From an uncultured delta proteobacterium (GTDB lineage: Bacteria; Myxococcota_A; Polyangia; Polyangiales; Polyangiaceae), in contig CAWJCS010000005.1 of assembly GCA_963841435.1 (NCBI GenBank), positions 1,472,001 to 1,536,000 of the forward strand: a stretch of DNA of 64,000 bases, in the 5' to 3' direction. The notes beneath the pieces were generated by a model. That model saw only the letters and a list, made by a program, of their open reading frames with translations, ran no database searches and was not told where the DNA came from. The translations under genes and the position numbers were made by a program. Below, piece by piece: positions 40,673 to 49,679 of the stretch. Positions within the stretch are counted from its first letter, which is position 1; every line of letters starts with the position of its first letter.

Positions 40673-42355
40673 ATGTCCGACGCGGAGCCGCTTCCCGACG
40701 CGACCCGACGCGAGCTCCTCGCCATGCTCGGCGCGGGAGCCGCCATCACGCTCGGCATCGGCGCTTGCTCCGGAAGCTGCCGGCGCGGTCGACGCGCAGG
40801 AGGCGAAGCGTCGAACGCCGCTCAGATCGCCGCCGTGCTTCCGGCGTACCACCCCATCAAGTTGCTCGAGCCGGAGGTCCCGGGAGAGGGTCCCATCCCC
40901 GATGGGTTCTTGAGTTACCCGAAGACGAAGTTCGCGCGCGTGATCAAAGAGAAGCCGGGGCTTCGTGGACCTCAGATCCGATCGATGACGCCGTGGTGGG
41001 GACCGGTCGCGCCGGGTCTGGGTCGTAACGCGTACCTTGCCGCGATCAACGCCGAGCTCGGCGTCGAGATGAACCCGATCATCCAGGACGGCAACACGTA
41101 CGGCGACAAGCTGAGCGCCGTGCTCGGCGCGCGGGACGTGCCAGATCTGCTCTGCGCGCCCTCGTGGGAAGTGGATAAAATCCCACGCTTCTCGCAGGCG
41201 GTGAAAGCATTGTTTGCGGATCTGACCGAGCATTTAAAAGGGGAGAACGTCAGCACCTACCCGATGCTCGCCACCCTCCCGACCGCCTCCTGGCAGCACT
41301 CGGTCTGGGGCGGGAGGCTCGCGGCGATCCCCTTCCCAACCGACGGACCTTTCCCGTGGGGGATGTTCTACCGCAAGGACCTCACCGACGCGGCCGGGCT
41401 CGAGCCGCCCGCGACGATCGACGAGCTCTATCGGTTCGGGAAGAAGGCGACCGACCCGAGCCGCGGCGTCTGGGCGTTCGGAGACACGTTCGAGATGATC
41501 CAGATGTACTTCAAGTGCCCCGGTTCCAAGGGCGGCTGGGGGCGCAAGCCGGGCGGCGGGCTCGAGTTCAAGTACGAGACCAAGCAGTACCGCCAGGCGG
41601 TCGAGTTCACGGCACGGCTCTACAAGGAAGGGTTCGTGCACCCGGACATGGTCGCGTCGAGCGGCGCCGACGCGAAGCAGCTCTTCAAGTCGGGAAAGAT
41701 CTTGATGCAACGCGACGGCATGGGTGCCTGGCGCGGCATGCAGAGCGAGCAAGTGAAGATCAAGCCGGACTTCGACATGCAGCCACTGCCGGTTTTTTCC
41801 GCGGTCGGCGGTGATCCGCTGGTCTGGGGCAGCAACAACCCCGTCTTCTTCACTTTCCTCAAGAAGGGCCTCGGTGAGAAGCGAACCCGGGAGCTCCTCC
41901 GCGTGTTGGACTGGTGCGCGGCGCCCTTCGGCAGCTTCGAGTACGAGCTCAACCTCTACGGCGTGGAGGGCCAGCACTTCACACGCGCTGCGGACAACAG
42001 CCCCATCCCCACGGAGCTCGGCCGAAAAGAGATTGTCAATCAGTTCGAGTTCATCAGTGGGCGCGCCCCCGTCCTGGTCGGAACGGACGACGTGCCGCAC
42101 TTCGTCCGCGACCTCATCGCGTACTCGAAGGCGACCGCAAAATACATGGAGCGTGACCTCTTCGAGGGCATCAAGCTCGAGTTTCCGGCGAGCTACTCGT
42201 CCGTCATCGTCAGCACCGAAGACAAGATCCGCGACGTGGTGCGCGGCCGCCGGCCACTCTCCGACCTCGACGAGATCGTGGAAGAGTGGCGCCGCACTGG
42301 TGGTGACGATGGGCGGGCCTTCTTCGAGAAGGCCCTGAGCGACAACGGCCGATGA
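40673..42355 (+). CDS. Carbohydrate ABC transporter substrate-binding protein (Tat lipoprotein)
   Basis: TRRELL Tat motif and IGAC; YRKDL, YGVEG.HF and WR..GGD. Confidence 0.88.
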   Translation: MSDAEPLPDATRRELLAMLGAGAAITLGIGACSGSCRRGRRAGGEASNAAQIAAVLPAYHPIKLLEPEVPGEGPIPDGFLSYPKTKFARVIKEKPGLRGPQIRSMTPWWGPVAPGLGRNAYLAAINAELGVEMNPIIQDGNTYGDKLSAVLGARDVPDLLCAPSWEVDKIPRFSQAVKALFADLTEHLKGENVSTYPMLATLPTASWQHSVWGGRLAAIPFPTDGPFPWGMFYRKDLTDAAGLEPPATIDELYRFGKKATDPSRGVWAFGDTFEMIQMYFKCPGSKGGWGRKPGGGLEFKYETKQYRQAVEFTARLYKEGFVHPDMVASSGADAKQLFKSGKILMQRDGMGAWRGMQSEQVKIKPDFDMQPLPVFSAVGGDPLVWGSNNPVFFTFLKKGLGEKRTRELLRVLDWCAAPFGSFEYELNLYGVEGQHFTRAADNSPIPTELGRKEIVNQFEFISGRAPVLVGTDDVPHFVRDLIAYSKATAKYMERDLFEGIKLEFPASYSSVIVSTEDKIRDVVRGRRPLSDLDEIVEEWRRTGGDDGRAFFEKALSDNGR

Positions 42356-43338
42356 CCTCCGCCCAAGCCACCCTGAAAAGCCCGGGCGATGGCCGCACGC
42401 CGGCGGCGCGCAGCCGCCTAGCGGCGCGCTTCCGGCGTGATTGGCCGCTGCTCGCCATGACGGCGCCCGCGGCCCTTTTGCTCTTGATTTTCCACTACGT
42501 GCCGACGCTCGGCAACGTGATCGCGTTTCAGGACTACAACCCCTTCGAGGGCAAGGACGCGCTCGAGGCGTTCTTGAAGAGCGACTGGGTCGGCGTCGAC
42601 AACTTCATCACACTCTTCGAGCAGCCGGCGTTCTGGGACGCGGTCGTCAACACGCTCAGCATCACGCTGTTTCAGCTGGTGTTCTTCTTTCCGCTGCCGA
42701 TCTTCCTCGCCATCCTGCTGCACGGCCTCGCATCTCAAAAGCTCCGGGGCTTCATCCAGAGCGTGGTGTACCTGCCGCACTTCTTCAGCTGGGTGCTCGT
42801 GATCACGTTCTTCGTGCAGATGCTGGGCGGCGCCGGGCTGCTCGCACAACAGATGCGGGGCGCAGGGCTCGAGCCCTGGGAGCTGATGAGCAAGCCCGAT
42901 ACGTTCATCGTGCTCGTCACCGCAGAAGCGGTGTGGAAGGACGTGGGCTGGGGCTCGATCGTCTTTCTGGCAGCGCTCTCGGCGATCGATCCGACGCTGT
43001 ACGAGGCCGCCGCTGCCGACGGCGCTGGGCGCTTTCGCAGGCTCTGGCACGTCACGCTGCCGGGTCTGAGACCGGTCATCGTGCTGCTTTTGATCCTGCG
43101 GCTGGGCGACGCGCTCAGCGTCGGCTTCGAGCAGTATCTTTTGCAGCGCGAGGCCGTCGGTCGGCAGGCGGCGGAAGTGCTCGACACCTATGTCTACTAC
43201 CAAGCGATCGTGCCACAGCAGTGGGGCCTCGGCGCGGCGGCGGGCCTGTTCAAAGCCGTCGTCGGGCTCGTCTTGATCCTCGGCGCGAATCGCCTGGCCC
43301 ACGAGCTCGGCGAGCAAGGCGTGTACTCGAAGGCATGA
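42352..43338 (+). CDS. Carbohydrate ABC transporter permease (LplB-like)
   Basis: YLPHFFSWV; EAA loop LYEAAAADGAGR. Confidence 0.92.
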   Translation: MTSAQATLKSPGDGRTPAARSRLAARFRRDWPLLAMTAPAALLLLIFHYVPTLGNVIAFQDYNPFEGKDALEAFLKSDWVGVDNFITLFEQPAFWDAVVNTLSITLFQLVFFFPLPIFLAILLHGLASQKLRGFIQSVVYLPHFFSWVLVITFFVQMLGGAGLLAQQMRGAGLEPWELMSKPDTFIVLVTAEAVWKDVGWGSIVFLAALSAIDPTLYEAAAADGAGRFRRLWHVTLPGLRPVIVLLLILRLGDALSVGFEQYLLQREAVGRQAAEVLDTYVYYQAIVPQQWGLGAAAGLFKAVVGLVLILGANRLAHELGEQGVYSKA

Positions 43339-44261
43339 GCGATATCGCCGCCACCCCGCGCCGCGCCACGCGTCCAATCTGGGAAGAGAAGCCGTCCCCG
43401 GCACTCGTTTTCGGCAAGGGGGTGGCGCTCACGTTGGCCGTCCTGGCGGTGCTCTTTCCGATGTGGTCGATCCTGGTCACGAGCCTCGCTTCGCGAGAAA
43501 CCATCGATGCGGTCGGCGGCATGGTGGTCGTGCCCCGCGAGCTCGATCCCTCCGCCTACTTCACGGTTTTCTCCGGCGGGCAGGTGACGCGCGCCGTGGC
43601 CGTGAGCTTGATCGTCACGCTCGTCGGGACGGCGCTGAGCCTGACCTTGACCGTGCTCGCCGCCTACGGGCTGTCGCGCCCGGGCTCGCTGTTCCATCGC
43701 CCGCTGCTCTTCTATTTCCTGCTCACGTTCCTCGTCTATCCGGGACTCGTGCCAAGCTACCTGGTCGTCACCGGCCTCGGCCTCAAGAACAACCTCCTCG
43801 CGCTGGTCCTGCCAACGGCCGTCAGCGTTTTCAACCTGGTCGTGATCCGCTCCTTCTTCATGGGCATCCCGTCGGAGCTCTTCGACAGCGCGCGCATCGA
43901 CGGCGCCACGGAGTGGAGCATCCTGTTTCGCATCGCGCTCCCGCTCTCCAAAGCGGTGATTGCGGTGGTCGGGCTGTTCTACGCGGTCGGCTACTGGAAC
44001 GTCTATTTCAACGCCGTCCTCTACATCGACGACGGCGATCTCTGGCCGATCCAGCGCGTGCTGCAAAGCTACATCCTCGCGGGTCAGTCACCGGCCGTGA
44101 CGGGTGCGGCCGTCAGCCTGCCGGGCATCACCGCCTACCCGCCGACGCTCGCCGTGAAGATGGCGGTCGTCGTGGTGACGATCGTTCCCGCGCTCATCAT
44201 CTACCCCTTCGTGCAGCGTAACTTCACGAAAGGCGTGATCGTGGGCGCGGTCAAAGGCTGA
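43335..44261 (+). CDS. Carbohydrate ABC transporter permease (LplC-like)
   Basis: DSARIDGA and YPFVQRNFTKG...GAVKG; ATGA overlap. Confidence 0.92.
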   Translation: MSDIAATPRRATRPIWEEKPSPALVFGKGVALTLAVLAVLFPMWSILVTSLASRETIDAVGGMVVVPRELDPSAYFTVFSGGQVTRAVAVSLIVTLVGTALSLTLTVLAAYGLSRPGSLFHRPLLFYFLLTFLVYPGLVPSYLVVTGLGLKNNLLALVLPTAVSVFNLVVIRSFFMGIPSELFDSARIDGATEWSILFRIALPLSKAVIAVVGLFYAVGYWNVYFNAVLYIDDGDLWPIQRVLQSYILAGQSPAVTGAAVSLPGITAYPPTLAVKMAVVVVTIVPALIIYPFVQRNFTKGVIVGAVKG

Positions 44262-44319
44262 GCGCGCGCGCGCTCGGCGGCTTGCGCTCGAGCCGAAGCC
44301 AACACTAGGCTCGCGACCC

Positions 44320-45201
44320 TTGGAGCACGAGTCGATGAAGCTGCGAGCAAGCGGCTTCGAGCTGCACGCCGACGTGTGGGAGGGCGGTCCGGCCGACCCC
44401 GTGCTGCTCCTGCACGGTCTCGGGGGCAATTCCGTCACCTGGCACGGCGTTGCGCCGATCCTGGCTCGCGACCTGGGCGCACGCGTGCTCGCCGTCAACC
44501 TGCCGGGGTTCGGCAGCTCGCATCCGCAGGGCAAACCGCTCGGGTACTCCGTACTGTTCGACGTGGTCGCGGATTTGCTCCGTCACCAGGCCCCGAGCGG
44601 CGCGTCCTTCCACGTCGCCGGCAACTCGCTCGGTGGGCTGCTCGCTCTCAACGCCGCCGCCGTTCTCCCCGAGCGGGTGTCGAAGGTCACGCTGGCCGCC
44701 GTGTCGTTGCCGCTCGCGTGGGGTCGGAGCCTCGGGGAGCTCGTCGCGCTCGAATCGTACCTGCCGACGGCGCTGCCGTGGCTCGGCCGCCGGCTCGTGG
44801 CGCGTTACATGCGCTCGCTCGGCCTGCCCGGCGTCGTCGACGAGCCCGTGCGGTGGCTGTTCGGCGACGCGGCACGGCTCGACCCCGAGCTGAGGCACCG
44901 CATGCTCGAAGTCTCGCGCTATCGGCTGACCTGGGTCGAGGAGGCGGCTCGCGCCCTCGAAGAAACGACGCGCGGCCTCGGCGTTGCGCTCCTCAAACCC
45001 GATCGGGCGGCCCGCTGGATCCGCGACGTCGCGTGCCCGGTGCGAGCCATCCATGGCACGCGCGATCCGATCTACCCGTCAGGCGCCTGGCGTTACCTCG
45101 AGCGCGTGCGGCCCGATTGGCAGCACATCGGAATGCCGGATATCGGTCACGTGCCCCAGCTCGAAGCGCCGACCGCGTTCGCGCGCCACATGCTCGCCTA
45201 G
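44320..45201 (+). CDS. Alpha/beta hydrolase
   Basis: LLHGLGG, GNSLGG, HG.RD and GHVPQLE. Confidence 0.88.
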   Translation: MEHESMKLRASGFELHADVWEGGPADPVLLLHGLGGNSVTWHGVAPILARDLGARVLAVNLPGFGSSHPQGKPLGYSVLFDVVADLLRHQAPSGASFHVAGNSLGGLLALNAAAVLPERVSKVTLAAVSLPLAWGRSLGELVALESYLPTALPWLGRRLVARYMRSLGLPGVVDEPVRWLFGDAARLDPELRHRMLEVSRYRLTWVEEAARALEETTRGLGVALLKPDRAARWIRDVACPVRAIHGTRDPIYPSGAWRYLERVRPDWQHIGMPDIGHVPQLEAPTAFARHMLA

Positions 45202-45254
45202 TCGGCCGGGGCGAACCGGCACGGTAGACGCGATGGCGGCTGGCCGACGGGCGC

Positions 45255-46586
45255 TCACTTCGCGGGCGCGGGTCCACAGCGGGCTTTCATGCGCTCGGGT
45301 GTGAACAGGCTAGCCACGGAGCGGGGCAGGCGTTGCACGCTCGAGACGAGCCCCGCGTCGCCTCCGCCGACGCGATTGATGAACTCCCAGACGACCTCAC
45401 CCGCGGGGTCAACCTCGAATGCCCGCCCCCCGAACGCCTCCGTGATCAGCAAGTTGCCGTTGTCGAGCCACTGATGCTTGCCCATCTTCGACGTGAAAAA
45501 CGGGTGCTCGCGAGACCCGCGGAAAACGACGTGCTCGTTGCCGTCGGGCGCAGAGACTTCGACGATCTCGCTGGCTTGTCGCTGCTTGGGGCCGCCGTGG
45601 TTGTTGTTGACGAACACCGAGATGGTGTTGCCGTCCACGAAATCGGGATCGTGCTGCGCCACCAGCCGGCCGATCGACTCGAACTTCACCTTGAGCGTCT
45701 TGGCGTCCAGCACCATCACCGTGTGGACGTCCCTGAAGGAGACCATGATGTCGCCCCGCTGAAAGAAGCCGGGGGTCATCTTGCCCGAGAAGACCTCGAC
45801 GTCGTTCAGGTGCAGCGAAGTCCCCCCCATCTTCGGATCGGGAACGTAAGGCGCCCGCATCAAGAGCAGGCCGTAATATCCCTGGTCCCAGAGCTCCTTG
45901 AGCAAGGAGATCTCGCGCAACACTCGGCCGTCCTGCGACACGTGGAGGACCATCTGCTCGGGGAACGGCGGGTTATAGCCGGGCAGCCACGGCAGCCGGT
46001 CGAGGTGCCACTTCTTGCCGGGGATCCAGAGCGTACCGTCGTCGTCAACGTAGATCGAATGGTGCGTGAGGTAGGGCAAGCGCCAAACGGCGTGATCGCA
46101 CGGGTCCAAGCGCACCAGACCCAGTCCCTCGTAGTTGTAAATGAGGTCGCCATTTTCCGCGAGGAACGCGCCGTGGATGAGCGTGCCGGGCTCGGTCTGT
46201 GGGCGGGCGCCCTCGGGAATGTGCTTGGCGTCGGGCCAGATTTTGAACCAGTCCGGCTTCCACTCGTGGATGACGCGCTGATCCATGTCCATCAGGCGCA
46301 CGGACAGCTGGTTGTCGGCAACGACGCCGGCAACCAGGTTCACGCCGTCCTGCGTCCGCTTCCGCGCGTCCGCGGCGAGCGGTGTCGGCTTCGGCGCGGG
46401 GAAGTAGTGGACGGGCTTGCGCATCAGCGTGATGAGGGTCTGGCGCCCGGCCTCGAGCAGTGGATACGGAAACCAGTGGCGGACGGACGAGACGTAGCCG
46501 TACCCGACCGACACGACGACGAGGCCGACCATGAACGCCGCTCGCGACAGACCCTCCGCGCTGACGCGCTTGAGAAAATGCTGCAC
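45255..46586 (-). CDS. Arylsulfotransferase (ASST)-family beta-propeller protein
   Basis: THH, HLNDV, QHD, Q.L.NGNLLITE and G.VVWE; N-terminal TM. Confidence 0.8.
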   Translation of the reverse strand: MQHFLKRVSAEGLSRAAFMVGLVVVSVGYGYVSSVRHWFPYPLLEAGRQTLITLMRKPVHYFPAPKPTPLAADARKRTQDGVNLVAGVVADNQLSVRLMDMDQRVIHEWKPDWFKIWPDAKHIPEGARPQTEPGTLIHGAFLAENGDLIYNYEGLGLVRLDPCDHAVWRLPYLTHHSIYVDDDGTLWIPGKKWHLDRLPWLPGYNPPFPEQMVLHVSQDGRVLREISLLKELWDQGYYGLLLMRAPYVPDPKMGGTSLHLNDVEVFSGKMTPGFFQRGDIMVSFRDVHTVMVLDAKTLKVKFESIGRLVAQHDPDFVDGNTISVFVNNNHGGPKQRQASEIVEVSAPDGNEHVVFRGSREHPFFTSKMGKHQWLDNGNLLITEAFGGRAFEVDPAGEVVWEFINRVGGGDAGLVSSVQRLPRSVASLFTPERMKARCGPAPAK

Positions 46587-46899
46587 GATACTGCCTCAGC
46601 ACGGCCGAGGCGCGGAGCCAAGCCCCGAGGTATAGCGGAGTTGCGCGTTAACTCAGCAGCACCGGCCGGCGAGCTGGAACGGCTGCCCAGCTCGTGGCGC
46701 AAACCGCCCCCCCGGGTACCCGCTTGGCACGCGCTTCCTGCGCCTGTTCGAAAGAATCGCGCGGGCGCCCTGCGTGCCCGAGCCCGAGCTCGTCGTGGCT
46801 CTCGACGCGCGGCGCGAGCTGTCGCACTTCAGCGGATCGGCGCTCGGCGCGCGCTCGGCAAAACCACGACCATGACCTCAGGCGACGCGCGCCGCCGGC

Positions 46900-49509
46900 T
46901 CAGCGCACCGACGCCCCCGCCCCGAGCACGCGCAGATCGAAGCAGCGCACGGCCCCGCCGCTCCAGGTGACGCCGAGCTCACCCCGCTTTCCGCGGCGCG
47001 CCCGCGTGTCGAATTGCACGGTTTGCTCCCAGAGCCACGGGGGCTGTGTGGGGAAGTTGGCGAGCGGCGCACCATCGAGAACGACGGCTATCCGGCCTGC
47101 GCCGTTCTTCGGGGTGTCGTAGTCGAGCGCGAGAAACGAGCCCAGCTCGAGCTCGGTGGCGAGTGTCACGGCTCCGACGGGGGGCGCCGTCATGCAGAGG
47201 TGGATGCCCCACACCTCGGACTGGACGGCCGCTGCCGTCAGCGTGTGCGGACCGCAATGGAAAACGAGGGGGGCGGAGCGTTCGCAGCGCTCGCCTGCCA
47301 GCGAAAGCTCGGGCCCGGTGAGACCATGGAAGATCGACTCCTCGGAGAGCAGGCGCGCGCGTGTCCGCGTGCGAAGAGCCACGCTGCCGACGAGCAGAAG
47401 CAGCGTGACGATCAGCGCGTAGCCGATCGAGCGACGGTGCCGCACGAGCGCCTGCGCCGCACGCTCGACAACGTCCGGCCTGCGCCGCATCGCGAACGAG
47501 GCGCCGAAAAAGACCGGCAGCGATGCGAGTGATGCGAAGAGCCCGAGCCAGTCGGCCGGGCGACGCACGTACTCGAACACGACCTCGCCGTCCGTCACCG
47601 GAACCTCCATCAAGATGGGGTACTCGTATTCTTTGACGGCAACGGTGGTGATGGGAAGGACCGAACCGTGCTCGCTCGCTTGCCACCGCGAGTAGCTCGC
47701 GACGTGCAGCTTGAGGCGGGTGCCGGGTGACGTCCCCGAAAGCGCGATCCTGATCCGCTCGGCAGAAAATTCCAAGAGCCGCGCGTGTCCCGTACCGACG
47801 AGGGTGAAAGGATCCGGGCGAAAGTCGCGAAACTCGTACACCCAGAGGCTGCCGAAGCGCCGGGAAAACACGAGCTCGGGTGCGGACGCCGGCTCGGTCG
47901 TGACGACGTACTTGACCGAGAGCGCCCGGTAGAGGTCGAGGTCGTCCGCCATGGGAATGCGGCGGAAGATCTGCGCCGGCGTCGTACCCAGCTTGTAGAT
48001 GGGCGTCCGGTCGTAGACGGGCAACAGCGTCGGAAGGTGGTTGCCGCGCCAGACCTTGTACACGATGCGGTAGAGCCCGGGCGTCTCGTTTCGCACCTGG
48101 CGCGACCAGCGGAGGAGCGCCTCGTAGTCGTGCCAGTGCTCGATGTCGTCCTGTCCCTTGATGGGAAACGAGAGGTCTTCTTCGTAGATCTTGCGAGCAC
48201 CCGGGACCACGAGGCCCGCGGCGGCGACCAGGAGGATTGCCGCCCCGAGCACGCGCCCGACACTGCCGGCGCCTTCTCGCTTCGTCGTCGTTTCACGCCG
48301 GCGCGAGGACAGCGCGACGAGCGACGTGACTGCGTAGGCCGCGAGCGGGAACCAGACGAGCTTCGCGACCACGAGCAATCGGTTGACCTCGAGCTTGACG
48401 AGCGCGGGAAAGGCCCGCTCGAGGTGAAGGTCGGAAAAGATCGTGTTCGAGGCGAGAAACAGACAGACGAGCGCTGCGCTCGCGCAGAAGAAGCCTCCCG
48501 GAGCCTTGCGGCGCAAGGCCAGGTAGCCGCCGCCCAGCGCCAGGAAATGAACGACGGGCCATTGACCCTGAAAGCTCTGCCCGAAAAAAAAGCGCTGGCC
48601 GACCACAGCAAGCGACTCGTGCATCCAGCCGAGGTCCAGCGTGTCCTTCGTGTGCGAAAAGAACGGGATCAGGAAGAACCCGGACAGCCCGAGCCCCAAG
48701 CCCAGCGCAGCAGCAGCGCTCGCGAAGCGACGAGCCGGGGGCGGCGCCGCGCGCAGGGCATGGTCGAGAAAAAGCAGCGGAACGAGCAGCGGGAACGCGA
48801 CGATCGGCAGCGCGTGCGCAAGGAGCGAAAGGGCGAAGTAGAGCCCCGCGAGAAACACGTCGCGCACGCCCGCCCCACCGAGCACGCGGTCGAGGCGCAC
48901 CAGGGCGAGCGCGAAAAGCGCCATCGAGAGCGTCACGGGCCAGACGCCCCAATACGTGTGCCACTCCCAACCGCCCTCGAGCTGGCCGCCGCGATCGAGC
49001 GTCATGAGCACGGCGGCAAGCACGCCTGCCGTTCTCCCGAAGAAGTGCCGCGCGAAGCGAAAGGCCGCATAAGCCTTCAGCAGCATGAGCCCGGCGAAGG
49101 CGACGGCGTAGCTCCTCGCCCACGACAGCATGCCGAGGAGCGCGTAGTGAAACAGCCCGACCCAAACCTCACCGCCCGGCGGCACGAGCTCGTCGGAGGG
49201 AAAGCCGAAACCCCAGTAGTTGCTCCAGCCCCGGAGGCGTCCGCTCGGAAGGAGCTCGGTCCAGAAGTGCCACGCTTTGAAGACGTGCGTGAAGTGGTCG
49301 TACGTGAGCGGGATCTTGCTGATGATGCCAGGGGCGAGCAGCAACGCCGGAAGGAGCGCGAGCACGAGCGCCGCGATCTCCTTGCGGCGGTCCGAGGCGA
49401 ACAACGCGGGAACCGTGCGCCACGCGGCTTCGAGTCGATGGCGGAGCGAAGGGGCGCCCCCGGTCGGGGTGCGCTCGTCGGAAGCGCCGGGCGGATCCTC
49501 GGCGGCCAT
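46900..49509 (-). CDS. Large polytopic membrane protein (PTPS-related/YfhO, GT-C-like)
   Basis: DH..H and W...W..GFP motifs; many TM segments with soluble domains. Confidence 0.7.
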   Translation of the reverse strand: MAAEDPPGASDERTPTGGAPSLRHRLEAAWRTVPALFASDRRKEIAALVLALLPALLLAPGIISKIPLTYDHFTHVFKAWHFWTELLPSGRLRGWSNYWGFGFPSDELVPPGGEVWVGLFHYALLGMLSWARSYAVAFAGLMLLKAYAAFRFARHFFGRTAGVLAAVLMTLDRGGQLEGGWEWHTYWGVWPVTLSMALFALALVRLDRVLGGAGVRDVFLAGLYFALSLLAHALPIVAFPLLVPLLFLDHALRAAPPPARRFASAAAALGLGLGLSGFFLIPFFSHTKDTLDLGWMHESLAVVGQRFFFGQSFQGQWPVVHFLALGGGYLALRRKAPGGFFCASAALVCLFLASNTIFSDLHLERAFPALVKLEVNRLLVVAKLVWFPLAAYAVTSLVALSSRRRETTTKREGAGSVGRVLGAAILLVAAAGLVVPGARKIYEEDLSFPIKGQDDIEHWHDYEALLRWSRQVRNETPGLYRIVYKVWRGNHLPTLLPVYDRTPIYKLGTTPAQIFRRIPMADDLDLYRALSVKYVVTTEPASAPELVFSRRFGSLWVYEFRDFRPDPFTLVGTGHARLLEFSAERIRIALSGTSPGTRLKLHVASYSRWQASEHGSVLPITTVAVKEYEYPILMEVPVTDGEVVFEYVRRPADWLGLFASLASLPVFFGASFAMRRRPDVVERAAQALVRHRRSIGYALIVTLLLLVGSVALRTRTRARLLSEESIFHGLTGPELSLAGERCERSAPLVFHCGPHTLTAAAVQSEVWGIHLCMTAPPVGAVTLATELELGSFLALDYDTPKNGAGRIAVVLDGAPLANFPTQPPWLWEQTVQFDTRARRGKRGELGVTWSGGAVRCFDLRVLGAGASVR

Positions 49510-49679
49510 GCTCAGGTCGGCGCGTGACGAAGGGCGGGCACGGCCTGATCGAGACTAGTACGAAATCTGGGAGGTAAGTCGCCGGGTGCCCCGTGCTCGC
49601 CCACGCGTGCCCGAAAGGCGCCCCGGACTCGGGATGCGGGCCAAAGCGCGCTCCCTTTTCGACTCGTCCCTCGAAGCGT

